Below, piece after piece: positions 11,245 to 21,061 of a DNA stretch of 64,000 bases. The translations under genes and the position numbers were made by a program. Below the pieces are notes generated by a model, which was given only the letters and a program-made list of their open reading frames with translations, did not search any database and was not told the origin of the DNA. Numbering within the stretch: the stretch's first letter is position 1; the number at the start of each line of letters is the position of its first letter. The stretch is taken from the sequence record CP063550.1, one strand, 5' to 3'. This stretch comes from a plasmid.

Positions 11245-11680
11245 TGTAGTGACCCCCAAAAGTTAGACTTTTTTGGAGTGGAGAAATCCACTCTTTTTTT
11301 CATGCTCTAAAATGATATTTTTACACAACCGTAACGGTTGTTTTACGAAATTGGACGGGACTTTGCCAGTTTAATTTCTGTTTTATCCGTTCATTATTGT
11401 AGTAATAGATATAGCTATCGATGGCTGATTTTAATTCCTCGAAACAGTTATAAACTTTCCCGTGAAAAATCTCTTGTTTTAATAAGCCAAAAAAATTCTC
11501 CATAAGTGAATTATCTAAGCAGTTCCCTTTCCGAGACATGCTTTGAAAGATTTTGTACTCCTTCAATTTGTTTCTATAAGCTTTCATTTGATACGACCAA
11601 CCTTGATCTGAGTGAAACGTACGACGATAGGGACAATCGTTAGTGGTCTGGATAGCTTCCTCCAAACCTTCCATTACCGC
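11245..11680 (-). mobile_element. IS3-family element, truncated copy (IRR TGTAGTGACCCCCAAAAGTTAGAC plus the 3' third of orfB)
   Basis: The OrfB remnant (AVMEGLEEAIQ...TTVTVV) matches the C-terminus of the orfB at 61322-62125, and the IR matches 63679-63702. Confidence 0.8.
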
Positions 11681-12095
11681 ACGTGTTTCTGAATGGTGGT
11701 AGCGACCGATTTGAACGGCTAGGGCGGAAATACGGTGCAAATGCACGGTGGTTTCATGCAATGCTTACAGGGCGTATTTTGTAAGGGTATGTAACGGAGA
11801 TAATCCCGACGGTAATGGATGTGAGAGGCCAAGCCGACGCTGACGGTAGGGCAAACAAACATAGTTGCACTCTAGCGATCGTTATTTATTTTTAACGGTC
11901 AAACTAGGGTACAACTATGCTTAAAACACTTCGCCTCAACTTCTGGTAGCAAAAGTGATTTTGAAAGTCAAAATATTTTTTATGAGTTATTTATAATTCG
12001 CCGTTTGTATAATTAAGCGAGACAAATAAAAAAGCCATTTATGTTACACTCAAATTGTAATACCCGCTAAAGCATACAAGGAGAGTGAACATAAA

Positions 12096-12158
12096 TGACT
12101 TATACCCATCTTACACCAAACGAGCTTGTAATGATAGAAGCATATTTTCCCTTTTAAA
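12096..12158 (+). mobile_element. IS30-family transposase N-terminal fragment (20 codons, MTYTHLTPNELVMIEAYFPF) ending abruptly at the next gene
   Basis: Typical IS30 transposase HTH start; stops after 20 codons, exactly at the stop of the convergent ORF at 12154. Confidence 0.45.
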
Positions 12159-12429
12159 CTAATTGTTCAAACTCATCGTCTCCTAAAAAGTAGTGTTGAT
12201 TTTTCTTAAGTTTAGTAATTGGATTTTTTACAATCAATTTATACTTTAAAGCTTTGGTGGGGATTGTTTCGTAAATCCAAAAGATATTATAAGGATCTGA
12301 GGTAAGATAGAAATTTCTAAATTCAAAGTTTTTTTGTTTGTTTATAATTTTTTCCATGTATCGTGGATAGATACTAATAAGGATATTGTTAGTCATCGAG
12401 TGTCCATAATTCTCGTGTGGATTTTTCAT
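12154..12429 (-). CDS. Hypothetical protein; possibly the frameshifted C-terminal continuation of the upstream nuclease-like gene
   Basis: Overlaps the end of the previous ORF by 41 nt around an A5 run (ATGAAAAATCC). Confidence 0.3.
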   Translation of the reverse strand: MKNPHENYGHSMTNNILISIYPRYMEKIINKQKNFEFRNFYLTSDPYNIFWIYETIPTKALKYKLIVKNPITKLKKNQHYFLGDDEFEQLV

Positions 12430-13198
12430 TAATATAAGCTAAATAACTATTTTCAGTTAACTTAGCTGCCAGTTCCTTACTAGCTTCAGTCATTTCTATT
12501 AATGCTTTCCAATTGGGGATAGGGCTATCCAAACCAGAAATTTTTGTCGACTTATTTAAACGATTCCATTTTCTAATTGTTGTTCCTACTCTTATAGCTG
12601 AACTCGAACTGCTTTCTGTATTGTATTTATTTTTCACTTGTAAAAGAATTGGTGAGGTTCCTAAATAACAGAAATCAACAGCTCGATATACAGAGCCGGC
12701 GCACCAAATCCAACCTTCAGGTTCTAACACTTCGGCTAAATATTCCTCTAAAATACTTCCGTTCATGTTCTCAGCGCTCATATATAAAAAATGTCCACGC
12801 AAGTAGTCATTCAATACTTTTTGATCATCAATATTAGCATTTGCTGCTACTCTAGTAGTTAAAGCAGCATCTTTTTCGCCAAATGTTTTAAGAGGTTTTT
12901 TTAATGCTGGGTTATTCCTATCCCTGATGTATTTATTACACCATTTTGTTAAGTAAATTTTTGCCATAATTAATGGATTATCACTATCAGGTACTGATAT
13001 ACCAGTGAACAAACTTGGTCCATTGTTGAGTGCAAAATAAAAAAGTTCTTTTAAATTTTTATGATACTTACTATCTTCAACGTCATCGATAACTTCATCA
13101 AAAATAATGGATGCCGGTTCTGTGGTTAAACCTTCATTTAAGATTGATTCAAAAGTTCTATTTTTGTTAGGCATATACGTCACGTAGCTTGTTATCAA
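12389..13198 (-). CDS. Hypothetical PD-(D/E)xK-motif nuclease-like protein (restriction endonuclease-like candidate)
   Basis: 269 aa. AVDF...LLQVKNK fits D...(E/Q)xK. Divergent from hsdM. No family could be assigned without a search. Confidence 0.4.
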   Translation of the reverse strand: MITSYVTYMPNKNRTFESILNEGLTTEPASIIFDEVIDDVEDSKYHKNLKELFYFALNNGPSLFTGISVPDSDNPLIMAKIYLTKWCNKYIRDRNNPALKKPLKTFGEKDAALTTRVAANANIDDQKVLNDYLRGHFLYMSAENMNGSILEEYLAEVLEPEGWIWCAGSVYRAVDFCYLGTSPILLQVKNKYNTESSSSSAIRVGTTIRKWNRLNKSTKISGLDSPIPNWKALIEMTEASKELAAKLTENSYLAYINEKSTRELWTLDD

Positions 13199-13298
13199 GA
13201 ATAAGATTTTTTCTTTTTTTTTTGCTTTTTCTAAAAGGGAGTATGCTAAAATAAGAGGGTATATAGCAACTTTAAATAAGAGATAGGAGTGTATCTTT

Positions 13299-14894
13299 TT
13301 GGGTGCAGAATTAAATCAAAAATTATTTAGTGCGGCAGATAATCTCCGTAGTAAAATGGATGCGTCAGAATATAAAAATTATTTATTGGGACTGATTTTC
13401 TATAAATATTTATCCGACCGTTTGTTGGAACAAGTGGTTCTTTTAGCAGATGAATCCTTAGAGGAATATGACACAGTAAGCAAACAAACAATGTTGTATC
13501 GTGAATTACTTTCAGATGAAGAATCAAAAGAAGACCTGATTGCCACAATCGTTGATATTTTGGGGTATTCGATCTCACCAGAGTATCTTTTCAACGTCTT
13601 AGCGGATCAAGCAAAACAAGCAACGTTCCAATTGAACGATCTAAACAAAGCCTTTGTGCAATTGGCATCTACCTACAATCAATTTAATGGGTTATTTGAT
13701 GATGTGGATCTCCAATCAAAAAAACTAGGAACAGATGAGCAACAACGAAATGTGACGATTACCGAAGTTATCAAGAAATTGAATGACGTGGAAGTTTTAG
13801 GTCACGATGGGGATGTGATCGGGGATGCGTATGAATTTCTGATCAGTCAATTTGCTTCAGAAGCAGGGAAGAAAGCCGGAGAATTTTACACGCCTCATAT
13901 GGTTTCTGATATGATGGCACAAATCGTGACGTTGGATCAAAAAGAACGACGATTCTTTAGTGTCTTTGACCCAACCATGGGTTCAGGTTCCTTGATGTTA
14001 AATGTACGTAACTACTTAACTCATCCAGATAACGTTAAATATCATGGGCAAGAACTAAATACAACGACATACAATCTAGCAAAAATGAACTTGATTTTAC
14101 ATGGGGTAGATGCCGAAGAAATGAATCTCCGCAATGGGGATACGTTGAATAAGGACTGGCCAACAGATGAACCTTACACATTTGATGCAGTAGTGATGAA
14201 TCCACCTTATTCGGCTAATTGGTCAGCAGATACGACCTTCTTAGATGATTCTCGGTTTAATCGCTACGGGAAATTAGCGCCAAAATCCAAAGCAGATTTT
14301 GCGTTTCTTCTTCATGGTTTCTATCATTTGAAGGAAACAGGGACTATGGCTATCGTCTTGCCACACGGGGTTTTATTCCGTGGTGCTGCAGAAGGGGTCA
14401 TTCGTCAAAAATTATTAGAAGACGGCAGTATTTATGCTGTGATCGGTATGCCTGCGAACTTGTTCTTTGGTACATCGATTCCAACGACGGTGATTGTATT
14501 GAAGAAGAATCGTCAAACTCGAGATGTATTATTCATTGATGCTAGTCGTGAATTTGTTAAAGGGAAAAATCAGAATAAATTATCGGAAGAAAACATTCAA
14601 AAAATCCTCGAAACCTACGCTGAAAGAAAAGATGTCGAGAAATACGCTCATTTGGCAACCTTTGATGAAATCAAAGAAAATGACTATAACTTAAATATCC
14701 CACGCTATGTCGATACTTTCGAAGAAGAAGAACCAATTGATATGGTTCATGTCGGAAATGACATCAAGAAGATACGACAAGAACAGCAAGTGCTAGAAAA
14801 AGAACTTTTAGAAGCTATCTCTTCCCTGCAAACAACACCTGAAAATGAAGCGTGGTTACAAGGTGCGCTGGAGGTGTTCAAACATGAGCAATGA
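13299..14894 (+). CDS. hsdM: Type I restriction-modification system, N6-adenine methyltransferase subunit
   Basis: NPPY motif and HsdM N-terminal domain; TTG start. Confidence 0.9.
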   Translation: MGAELNQKLFSAADNLRSKMDASEYKNYLLGLIFYKYLSDRLLEQVVLLADESLEEYDTVSKQTMLYRELLSDEESKEDLIATIVDILGYSISPEYLFNVLADQAKQATFQLNDLNKAFVQLASTYNQFNGLFDDVDLQSKKLGTDEQQRNVTITEVIKKLNDVEVLGHDGDVIGDAYEFLISQFASEAGKKAGEFYTPHMVSDMMAQIVTLDQKERRFFSVFDPTMGSGSLMLNVRNYLTHPDNVKYHGQELNTTTYNLAKMNLILHGVDAEEMNLRNGDTLNKDWPTDEPYTFDAVVMNPPYSANWSADTTFLDDSRFNRYGKLAPKSKADFAFLLHGFYHLKETGTMAIVLPHGVLFRGAAEGVIRQKLLEDGSIYAVIGMPANLFFGTSIPTTVIVLKKNRQTRDVLFIDASREFVKGKNQNKLSEENIQKILETYAERKDVEKYAHLATFDEIKENDYNLNIPRYVDTFEEEEPIDMVHVGNDIKKIRQEQQVLEKELLEAISSLQTTPENEAWLQGALEVFKHEQ

Positions 14895-16101
14895 TACACG
14901 ACCAGAAATCCGGTTTCCTGGTTTTACGGAAGATTGGGAAGAGCGTAAGTTAGGAGATATGATGGATGTTACTTCTGTGAAGCGAATTCATCAATCAGAT
15001 TGGACTAACTCAGGTATTAGATTTTTACGTGCTCGTGATATTGTCTCAGCTGCAAAAAATGAGGAACCATCCGATTATCTTTACATTTCAGAAGAAAAAT
15101 ATAATGAATATTCGAAAAATTCAGGTAAAGTTTCTCAAGGAGACTTGCTTGTAACTGGTGTCGGATCAATAGGTGTCCCCTTATTAATCACTGATGATAA
15201 CCCAATTTACTTTAAGGATGGAAACATCATTTGGTTCAAGAATGAGCATAAAATTGACGGAAACTTCTTTTACTACTCGTTCATAAATAACAAAATTCAG
15301 AAGTATATCCGTGACGTTGCAGGCATTGGAACCGTCGGAACCTATACAATTGATAGTGGTAAAAAGACACCTATCTCACTTCCAACTTATGACGAACAGA
15401 TCAAGATCGGTTCATTTTTCAAACAACTTGATCACACCATCATGCTTCACCAGCACGAATTAGATTTGCTGAAGGAAACGAAAAAAGGATTCTTACAAAA
15501 AATGTTCCCTAAAAACGGAGCAAAAGTGCCAGAAGTTCGTTTTCCAGGATTTACGGGAGATTGGGAAGAGCGGAAGTTGGGGGAAGTGGTAGTTTTTTTG
15601 AATGGTAGAGCTTTTAAACAACAAGAATTACTTGATTCTGGAAAATATAGGGTTTTAAGAGTAGGTAATTTTAATACTAATGATAGATGGTATTATTCAA
15701 ACTTAGAATTAGAGGAAGACAAGTATGCTAATAAAGGAGATCTCTTATATTTATGGGCAACAAGCTTCGGTCCTGAAATGTGGAATGAAGAACGTGTAAT
15801 CTACCATTATCATATTTGGAAACTTAAATTTTTATCTAAGGAATTGGACAAACAGTATCTATATACTTGGCTATTGACTGATAAAGAGAAAATTAAAGAA
15901 TCAACTAACGGAACGACAATGGTACATGTGACTAAAGGTGGTATAGAACAAAGGACATTTCAGTTTCCACCGGATATAAATGAACAACAAAAAATTGGTG
16001 CCTTCTTCAAGCAGCTAGATGATACGATCGCTCTTCATCAACGTAAGTTAGATTTGCTGAAGGAAACGAAAAAAGGCTTCTTGCAAAAGATGTTTGTTTA
16101 G
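14884..16101 (+). CDS. hsdS: Type I R-M specificity subunit with two target-recognition domains
   Basis: The ATG overlaps the hsdM stop. The conserved spacer repeats (...FFKQLD...LDLLKETKKGFLQKMF) occur twice. Confidence 0.85.
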   Translation: MSNDTRPEIRFPGFTEDWEERKLGDMMDVTSVKRIHQSDWTNSGIRFLRARDIVSAAKNEEPSDYLYISEEKYNEYSKNSGKVSQGDLLVTGVGSIGVPLLITDDNPIYFKDGNIIWFKNEHKIDGNFFYYSFINNKIQKYIRDVAGIGTVGTYTIDSGKKTPISLPTYDEQIKIGSFFKQLDHTIMLHQHELDLLKETKKGFLQKMFPKNGAKVPEVRFPGFTGDWEERKLGEVVVFLNGRAFKQQELLDSGKYRVLRVGNFNTNDRWYYSNLELEEDKYANKGDLLYLWATSFGPEMWNEERVIYHYHIWKLKFLSKELDKQYLYTWLLTDKEKIKESTNGTTMVHVTKGGIEQRTFQFPPDINEQQKIGAFFKQLDDTIALHQRKLDLLKETKKGFLQKMFV

Positions 16102-16114
16102 GGAGGGAAGAAGA

Positions 16115-19100
16115 ATGAAAATTAGTCACCGTGAGGAAGCGGAAGTCGAAGAACAGTTGATTCGTGTCCTCGGGGAAGGACATAATCAGTGGACGTATCG
16201 TCCGGATCTAAAATCAGAAGAAGATCTTTGGAGCAATTTACGTCAAAAAATCATCTCAAATAATCAAGCAGAACTGAATGATTCTCCTTTGACCGATAAA
16301 GAGTTTGAAACGATCAAAACCGAATTATTGCTACGGACGAAAACCCCATTTGATGCTGCGAAATGGTTAAAAGGTGAAAATGGGATGGCTCGGATCACGA
16401 TTGAACGGGAAAATCCGCAATTGGGTTCTGTCTCACTTATCCTTTATTCCAATCAAGACATTGGTGGAGGAATCTCTACTTATGAAGTGGTCCATCAAAT
16501 TGCAAAACGTGGAAGTAACATAGAAGCGCGGGATCGACGTTTTGACGTCACCTTATTGATCAATGGCTTACCGATTATCCAAATCGAGCTAAAACAAGTA
16601 ACTGCAAAAGATGGTTTTTATCAGGCGTTTAATCAAATCAAAAAATATGCTGAAGAAGGCATGTTTCGGAACAATATCTTTTCGACCTTACAGTTGTTTG
16701 TGGTTTCCAATGAACAAACGACTCGGTATTTTGCAAATGCCTTACCGAAGGATTTGCATCCTAAGTTTTTATTTAGTTGGCGAACGAAAGATAATAAAAA
16801 GGTAGAAAACTTATATGAGTTTTGCAAACAAGTGCTAAATATCCCAGATGCCCATCGCTTGATTGCGGATTATACGATTGTCAGTGAAGATCAAGACAAT
16901 AAAACCCTCATGGTGTTACATCCTTATCAAGTGCATGCGATTCAAGCCTTGTTTATTGCCGCAAATAAACATCAATCAGGGTATGTGTGGCATGCGACTG
17001 GTTCAGGAAAGACGTTGACTAGTTTTGTATCTACTAAGCTTTTAGCACGAAAATCGGGGATCGATCGAACGATCATGTTAGTGGACCGCAAAGATTTAGA
17101 TAATCAGACCACCACAGAGTTTACGAAATTTGCTTCGGAGTTTAATACTGGGGTTTCTTCTGGTAATGCCAAAGCGAATAGCTTGATCGTGGGAACAGGA
17201 AGTGCCAAAGAGTTAAGTGAAACTCTGTTGGCAGATGCCAATGCGAATGTTGTGATCATTACAACCCGTCAAAAACTAGATGCGGCGTTGAAATATGCAA
17301 AGAAACAGGAAGAGAAAAAAGGAACCAATCGCTTCCAAAAATTAATGGGGCAACATATCGTGTTTGTAGTTGATGAGTGTCATCGAGCGTTAAGTGCTGA
17401 AAATATGGAAGAAATCAAAAAAATGTTTCCGAAATCCACTTGGTTTGGCTTTACAGGTACACCGATTTTCCCTGAGAATCGGAAACAAGCCAAAGGGCAA
17501 TTGGCACGTACGACCCATGATCAGTATGGAGAGGTCTTGCACACCTATACCATCAAGAATGCATTAGAAGATGGCTCGGTTTTAGGATTTCAAGTAGAGC
17601 ATGAAAACACCGTGGAGCCGACTTCATTAGAGAATAAAATCTATCGGAAATTAAAAGAAGTAGAAACATATGCAGAGTATTCACCGGAACAGATCAATCG
17701 TATGATCGATCAAATGGAGTCTGTCAAAAAAGAAAGTTATTTGGACCCTACTGTTTTTGAAGCAGAGGAACATATCCAAAAAGTCATTCATAAAATGTTC
17801 CGTCCAGACAATGCCTATACAAAATTTGATTTTCGAAATGGCCGTCCAACGAAGTCTGCGATCTTAACCACGAGTTCCATTGATATGGCCAAAAAGTATT
17901 ATCGGGCCATCAAAGAGATGACGAAAGAATCTGATTGGTTAATAAAAGAGTTTCCCAATCAGCCTATCCGTGAAGGACGAACGATGGAGGATCCTGATTT
18001 CCCACGAATCGCTATTACCTATTCATTAGAAGAAAATAGCCGAGATTCAAGTGCCCAACAAGAAGAAATGCAAAAAATTATTGAGGAATATAATCAGTAT
18101 TATGATACTGCCTGGTCACTAGCAGACATTGAGCGTTATAACGGAGACATCAATAATCGTTTGGCACGAAAAAGAGCGGAATTCAAACAATTTGGGAAAC
18201 AAATCGATTTAGTAATCGTAGTGGATCGTCTATTGACAGGTTTTGACGCCCCTACGATTCAAACCCTATTTGTGGATCGTAATCTAGAGTATGCAGGATT
18301 GATCCAAGCCTTTTCACGTACGAACCGTACGTATCCTGAAAAAACAAAAGGACTAATTGTTACTTTCCGAAAGCCAGCGACAATGGAGAAGAATGTCGAG
18401 GATGCGACAAAACTGTATTCAGAAGCTAAAGAAGAATCGGGTTTGATTTATCCAAGTTACCAAGAATCCAAAAAAAGATTCAAGCAAGCATATGGTAAGT
18501 TAAAAGAGGTTTCATCCATGGAATCCATTGATGAACATACGCCACTTGAAATCCGTATCGAGTACGTCAAAGCATTTCAAGAATTGAATCGTGCGTATGA
18601 ATCGTTAGTGACTTATGATGATTACAATGATGACATGGTGCAATCTTCAACTTTGAACAATCAAATTCAACTTTTGGAAGAACAAATTGGCGTGTACGAG
18701 ACCGTGAAGGGTTCATTGATGGAGGAAGAACCAGAAAAAGAGGGAGAAGATTTTTCAACGATCGAATTTTATAGTGAAAATACCACTAAGTTGTATGATA
18801 TTGATTCTACTTATATTGATCAATTACTAGGAACTTATGCTGCGAATAGTTCAGATGCACGAGAAGAAATTGAAAAAGCTTTGGCTAAATTGAATAAAAC
18901 AGAAGGAGTCAAAGAAGTTTACCGACAAATTTTAAATGCATTTGATGTGGGGACTTTAGATAGTAATGAAGATATCTTTGTCATTAAACGTCGCTATTTT
19001 ACACAAGCAAGTGATAATTTGATTCATGCCTTTTCCAATGAGTGGTTTGTTTCTGAGAAAGAATTACATGCTTCTAATCTGCAATATATGCCAGGTGAAG

Positions 19101-19264
19101 ATCCAATTCCTAATATGAAAGCAATTATCAACAGTAAGGATTACGAAGGATATAAAGCCAAACATCCAGAAGCGAAACCATTTAAATACCCACAAGAAAT
19201 GAAGCGAGCATGGCGTAAAATGTTAGATGATGAGTTGATTCCACTTGAAAATGAATTGAGGTAA
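16115..19264 (+). CDS. hsdR: Type I R-M restriction endonuclease/helicase subunit
   Basis: 1049 aa from the ATG at 16115, with GGGAGGG upstream. DECH helicase motif and a PD-(D/E)xK-type nuclease N-terminus (VHQIAKRGS...DVTLL). Confidence 0.9.
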   Translation: MKISHREEAEVEEQLIRVLGEGHNQWTYRPDLKSEEDLWSNLRQKIISNNQAELNDSPLTDKEFETIKTELLLRTKTPFDAAKWLKGENGMARITIERENPQLGSVSLILYSNQDIGGGISTYEVVHQIAKRGSNIEARDRRFDVTLLINGLPIIQIELKQVTAKDGFYQAFNQIKKYAEEGMFRNNIFSTLQLFVVSNEQTTRYFANALPKDLHPKFLFSWRTKDNKKVENLYEFCKQVLNIPDAHRLIADYTIVSEDQDNKTLMVLHPYQVHAIQALFIAANKHQSGYVWHATGSGKTLTSFVSTKLLARKSGIDRTIMLVDRKDLDNQTTTEFTKFASEFNTGVSSGNAKANSLIVGTGSAKELSETLLADANANVVIITTRQKLDAALKYAKKQEEKKGTNRFQKLMGQHIVFVVDECHRALSAENMEEIKKMFPKSTWFGFTGTPIFPENRKQAKGQLARTTHDQYGEVLHTYTIKNALEDGSVLGFQVEHENTVEPTSLENKIYRKLKEVETYAEYSPEQINRMIDQMESVKKESYLDPTVFEAEEHIQKVIHKMFRPDNAYTKFDFRNGRPTKSAILTTSSIDMAKKYYRAIKEMTKESDWLIKEFPNQPIREGRTMEDPDFPRIAITYSLEENSRDSSAQQEEMQKIIEEYNQYYDTAWSLADIERYNGDINNRLARKRAEFKQFGKQIDLVIVVDRLLTGFDAPTIQTLFVDRNLEYAGLIQAFSRTNRTYPEKTKGLIVTFRKPATMEKNVEDATKLYSEAKEESGLIYPSYQESKKRFKQAYGKLKEVSSMESIDEHTPLEIRIEYVKAFQELNRAYESLVTYDDYNDDMVQSSTLNNQIQLLEEQIGVYETVKGSLMEEEPEKEGEDFSTIEFYSENTTKLYDIDSTYIDQLLGTYAANSSDAREEIEKALAKLNKTEGVKEVYRQILNAFDVGTLDSNEDIFVIKRRYFTQASDNLIHAFSNEWFVSEKELHASNLQYMPGEDPIPNMKAIINSKDYEGYKAKHPEAKPFKYPQEMKRAWRKMLDDELIPLENELR

Positions 19265-19415
19265 ACGAGAAGAGTTAAGAAAATTGTACGATTCAAAGAT
19301 AGTAGTAAAGTGGAAGTGTAGAAAATAGGGATAGATGTCTTTTTACTTGTTCACATTTTATAACGGAGTATTTAAGAAAGCTATTGAATAATGATTCTTC
19401 CATCTTTTTCATTCA

Positions 19416-20222
19416 TTTACCGGTTCTGTTGCAGAGTTTTAAATAAAGAATAAAATCCCTTACGGTATCTATGATTTAAGCTGGGATTCCCAATAATACC
19501 TTGATTTCAGTACAGACCGAAAACCCGAAGAGAGTGCCTTCTTTTCGGGTTTTCTTATATAATCCTCGAATGGCTTCCATGCCTTTAATCGTGGTAGAGG
19601 CAGTGCGTAAACTTCGATAGAATTTATTGCGTCTCTTTACTGGACGATGGTCTTGTTCAATCAAATTATTCAGGTATTTAATGGTACGATGTTCTGTCCC
19701 TTGATAAAAGCCGTATTCTTTTAGTTTCTTAAAGGCACTTGTAATAGAGGGGGCTTTATCTGTGACTACAACCTTCGGTTCATCAAACTGCTTCACTAAC
19801 CGCTTAAGAAAAACATAGGCTGCTTGTGTGTCCCGTTTTTTACGTAACCAAATATCCAAGGTTAAACCATCTGCATCGATGGCTCGATACAAATAATGCC
19901 ATTTTCCTTTAATTTTGATGTACGTTTCATCCATTTTCCATGAATAAAAGGATTTTTTATTTTTCTTTTTCCAAATTTGATAGAGTAGTTTGCCATATTC
20001 TTGCACCCAACGATAAATCGTCGTATGAGAAACGTTAATGCCACGATCATATAAGATTTCTTGAACTTCACGATAGCTAAGGTTATAACGAAGATAGTAG
20101 CCCACGGCTACAATAATCACATCCTGCTGAAATTGCTTTCCTTTAAAATGATTCATCGTCATTCCTCCTGCTATCTTTTTCTATTATTCTACCTTATTTG
20201 ATAGTAGATTTAAAACTTTGCA
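19416..20222 (-). mobile_element. IS6-family insertion sequence, IS1216-like, complete
   Basis: Terminal IRs GGTTCTGTTGCAGAGTTTTAAA (19416) and GGTTCTGTTGCAAAGTTTTAAA (reverse complement at 20222). About 807 bp. Confidence 0.85.
19476..20162 (-). CDS. tnp: IS6-family (IS1216-type) transposase
   Basis: 228-aa intact DDE transposase. Confidence 0.9.
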   Translation of the reverse strand: MTMNHFKGKQFQQDVIIVAVGYYLRYNLSYREVQEILYDRGINVSHTTIYRWVQEYGKLLYQIWKKKNKKSFYSWKMDETYIKIKGKWHYLYRAIDADGLTLDIWLRKKRDTQAAYVFLKRLVKQFDEPKVVVTDKAPSITSAFKKLKEYGFYQGTEHRTIKYLNNLIEQDHRPVKRRNKFYRSLRTASTTIKGMEAIRGLYKKTRKEGTLFGFSVCTEIKVLLGIPA

Positions 20223-20290
20223 ACAGAACCATAATTCGAATTTTTATGTTATATACTATAATATAAAATCAATATATGATATAATTGGGT

Positions 20291-20647
20291 ATGGAAAAAA
20301 TATCTTTTGAAACATTTAAAAGACCTAATGGTCATGATGAATTTTTAGAATGGTTGGAAACATTACCAAAAAAAGATAGTGCGAAGCTTTTACGTACAAT
20401 AGAAGAAACAGAAAAGAATGGGATGCTAGTAGCTCAACGGTTGAAATGGGTGAAAAAATTAGACACTAATTTGTACGAATTAAGAAGTAAGGTAGGATCA
20501 AACATCCAAAGAGCTATCTATTTCCATGTGGTCAATGGAAGGTATGTCATTACCCATGGATTTACTAAAAAAACGGAGAAAACACCAATAAGTGAACTTA
20601 AACATGCAAAAGAACTTAGAGAGGAGTGGTTCACAAATGATGATTAA
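20291..20647 (+). CDS. Type II toxin, RelE/ParE superfamily (phage Gp49-like, HigB-type)
   Basis: Gp49-like motifs (LYELRSK...RAIYFHV...ITHGFTKKT). Followed by an XRE antitoxin gene that overlaps its stop. Confidence 0.7.
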   Translation: MEKISFETFKRPNGHDEFLEWLETLPKKDSAKLLRTIEETEKNGMLVAQRLKWVKKLDTNLYELRSKVGSNIQRAIYFHVVNGRYVITHGFTKKTEKTPISELKHAKELREEWFTNDD

Positions 20648-20903
20648 AAAATTGATTGAAGAAAAGCAAAAAGACAAAGATTTTGCAGAAGCATATGACC
20701 GTGAAGGAAGAAAACTCGAAACTGCGGTTGCTCTTTATCATGCACGGGAGGAAGCAGGCCTAACTCAAGCGGAGCTTGCACAAAAAGCACATACAACTCA
20801 ATCTACTATTGCTCGAATTGAGAGAGGGGATAACGTATCTTTCGATAAACTTGATGATATCGCTAGGGCATTAGGCAAAAAGCTGGTAGTAGAATTTGCT
20901 TAA
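20637..20903 (+). CDS. XRE-family HTH antitoxin (HigA-like)
   Basis: HTH LTQAELAQKAHTTQSTIARIERG. The ATG overlaps the toxin stop (AATGATGATTAA). Confidence 0.7.
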   Translation: MMIKKLIEEKQKDKDFAEAYDREGRKLETAVALYHAREEAGLTQAELAQKAHTTQSTIARIERGDNVSFDKLDDIARALGKKLVVEFA

Positions 20904-21061
20904 AAGCGAGTTGAAAATATACCTGTAATAGGCTCCTAACTAATCAATTAGTTTAGTGGGCCTTTTTGTACTAAATAGATAAAAGTTGTCCTATAGTGTA
21001 AAAGTCAATAAATTTTATACAAAAATTACTTTAAAGAGACATAAAGAGAAAGGTACAATAA

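Noticed and set aside
11681-12095. Group II intron or retron ncRNA in the unassigned segment
   Set aside because: I could not find a domain V consensus (GAGC...GAAA...) or a GUGYG 5' end on either strand, and there is no reverse transcriptase gene nearby. It is kept only as unexplained sequence.
16611-18758. Small ORFs inside hsdR on both strands (16611-16805, 16633-16827, 18567-18758)
   Set aside because: Embedded in or antisense to a 1049-aa gene with strong motifs; spurious.
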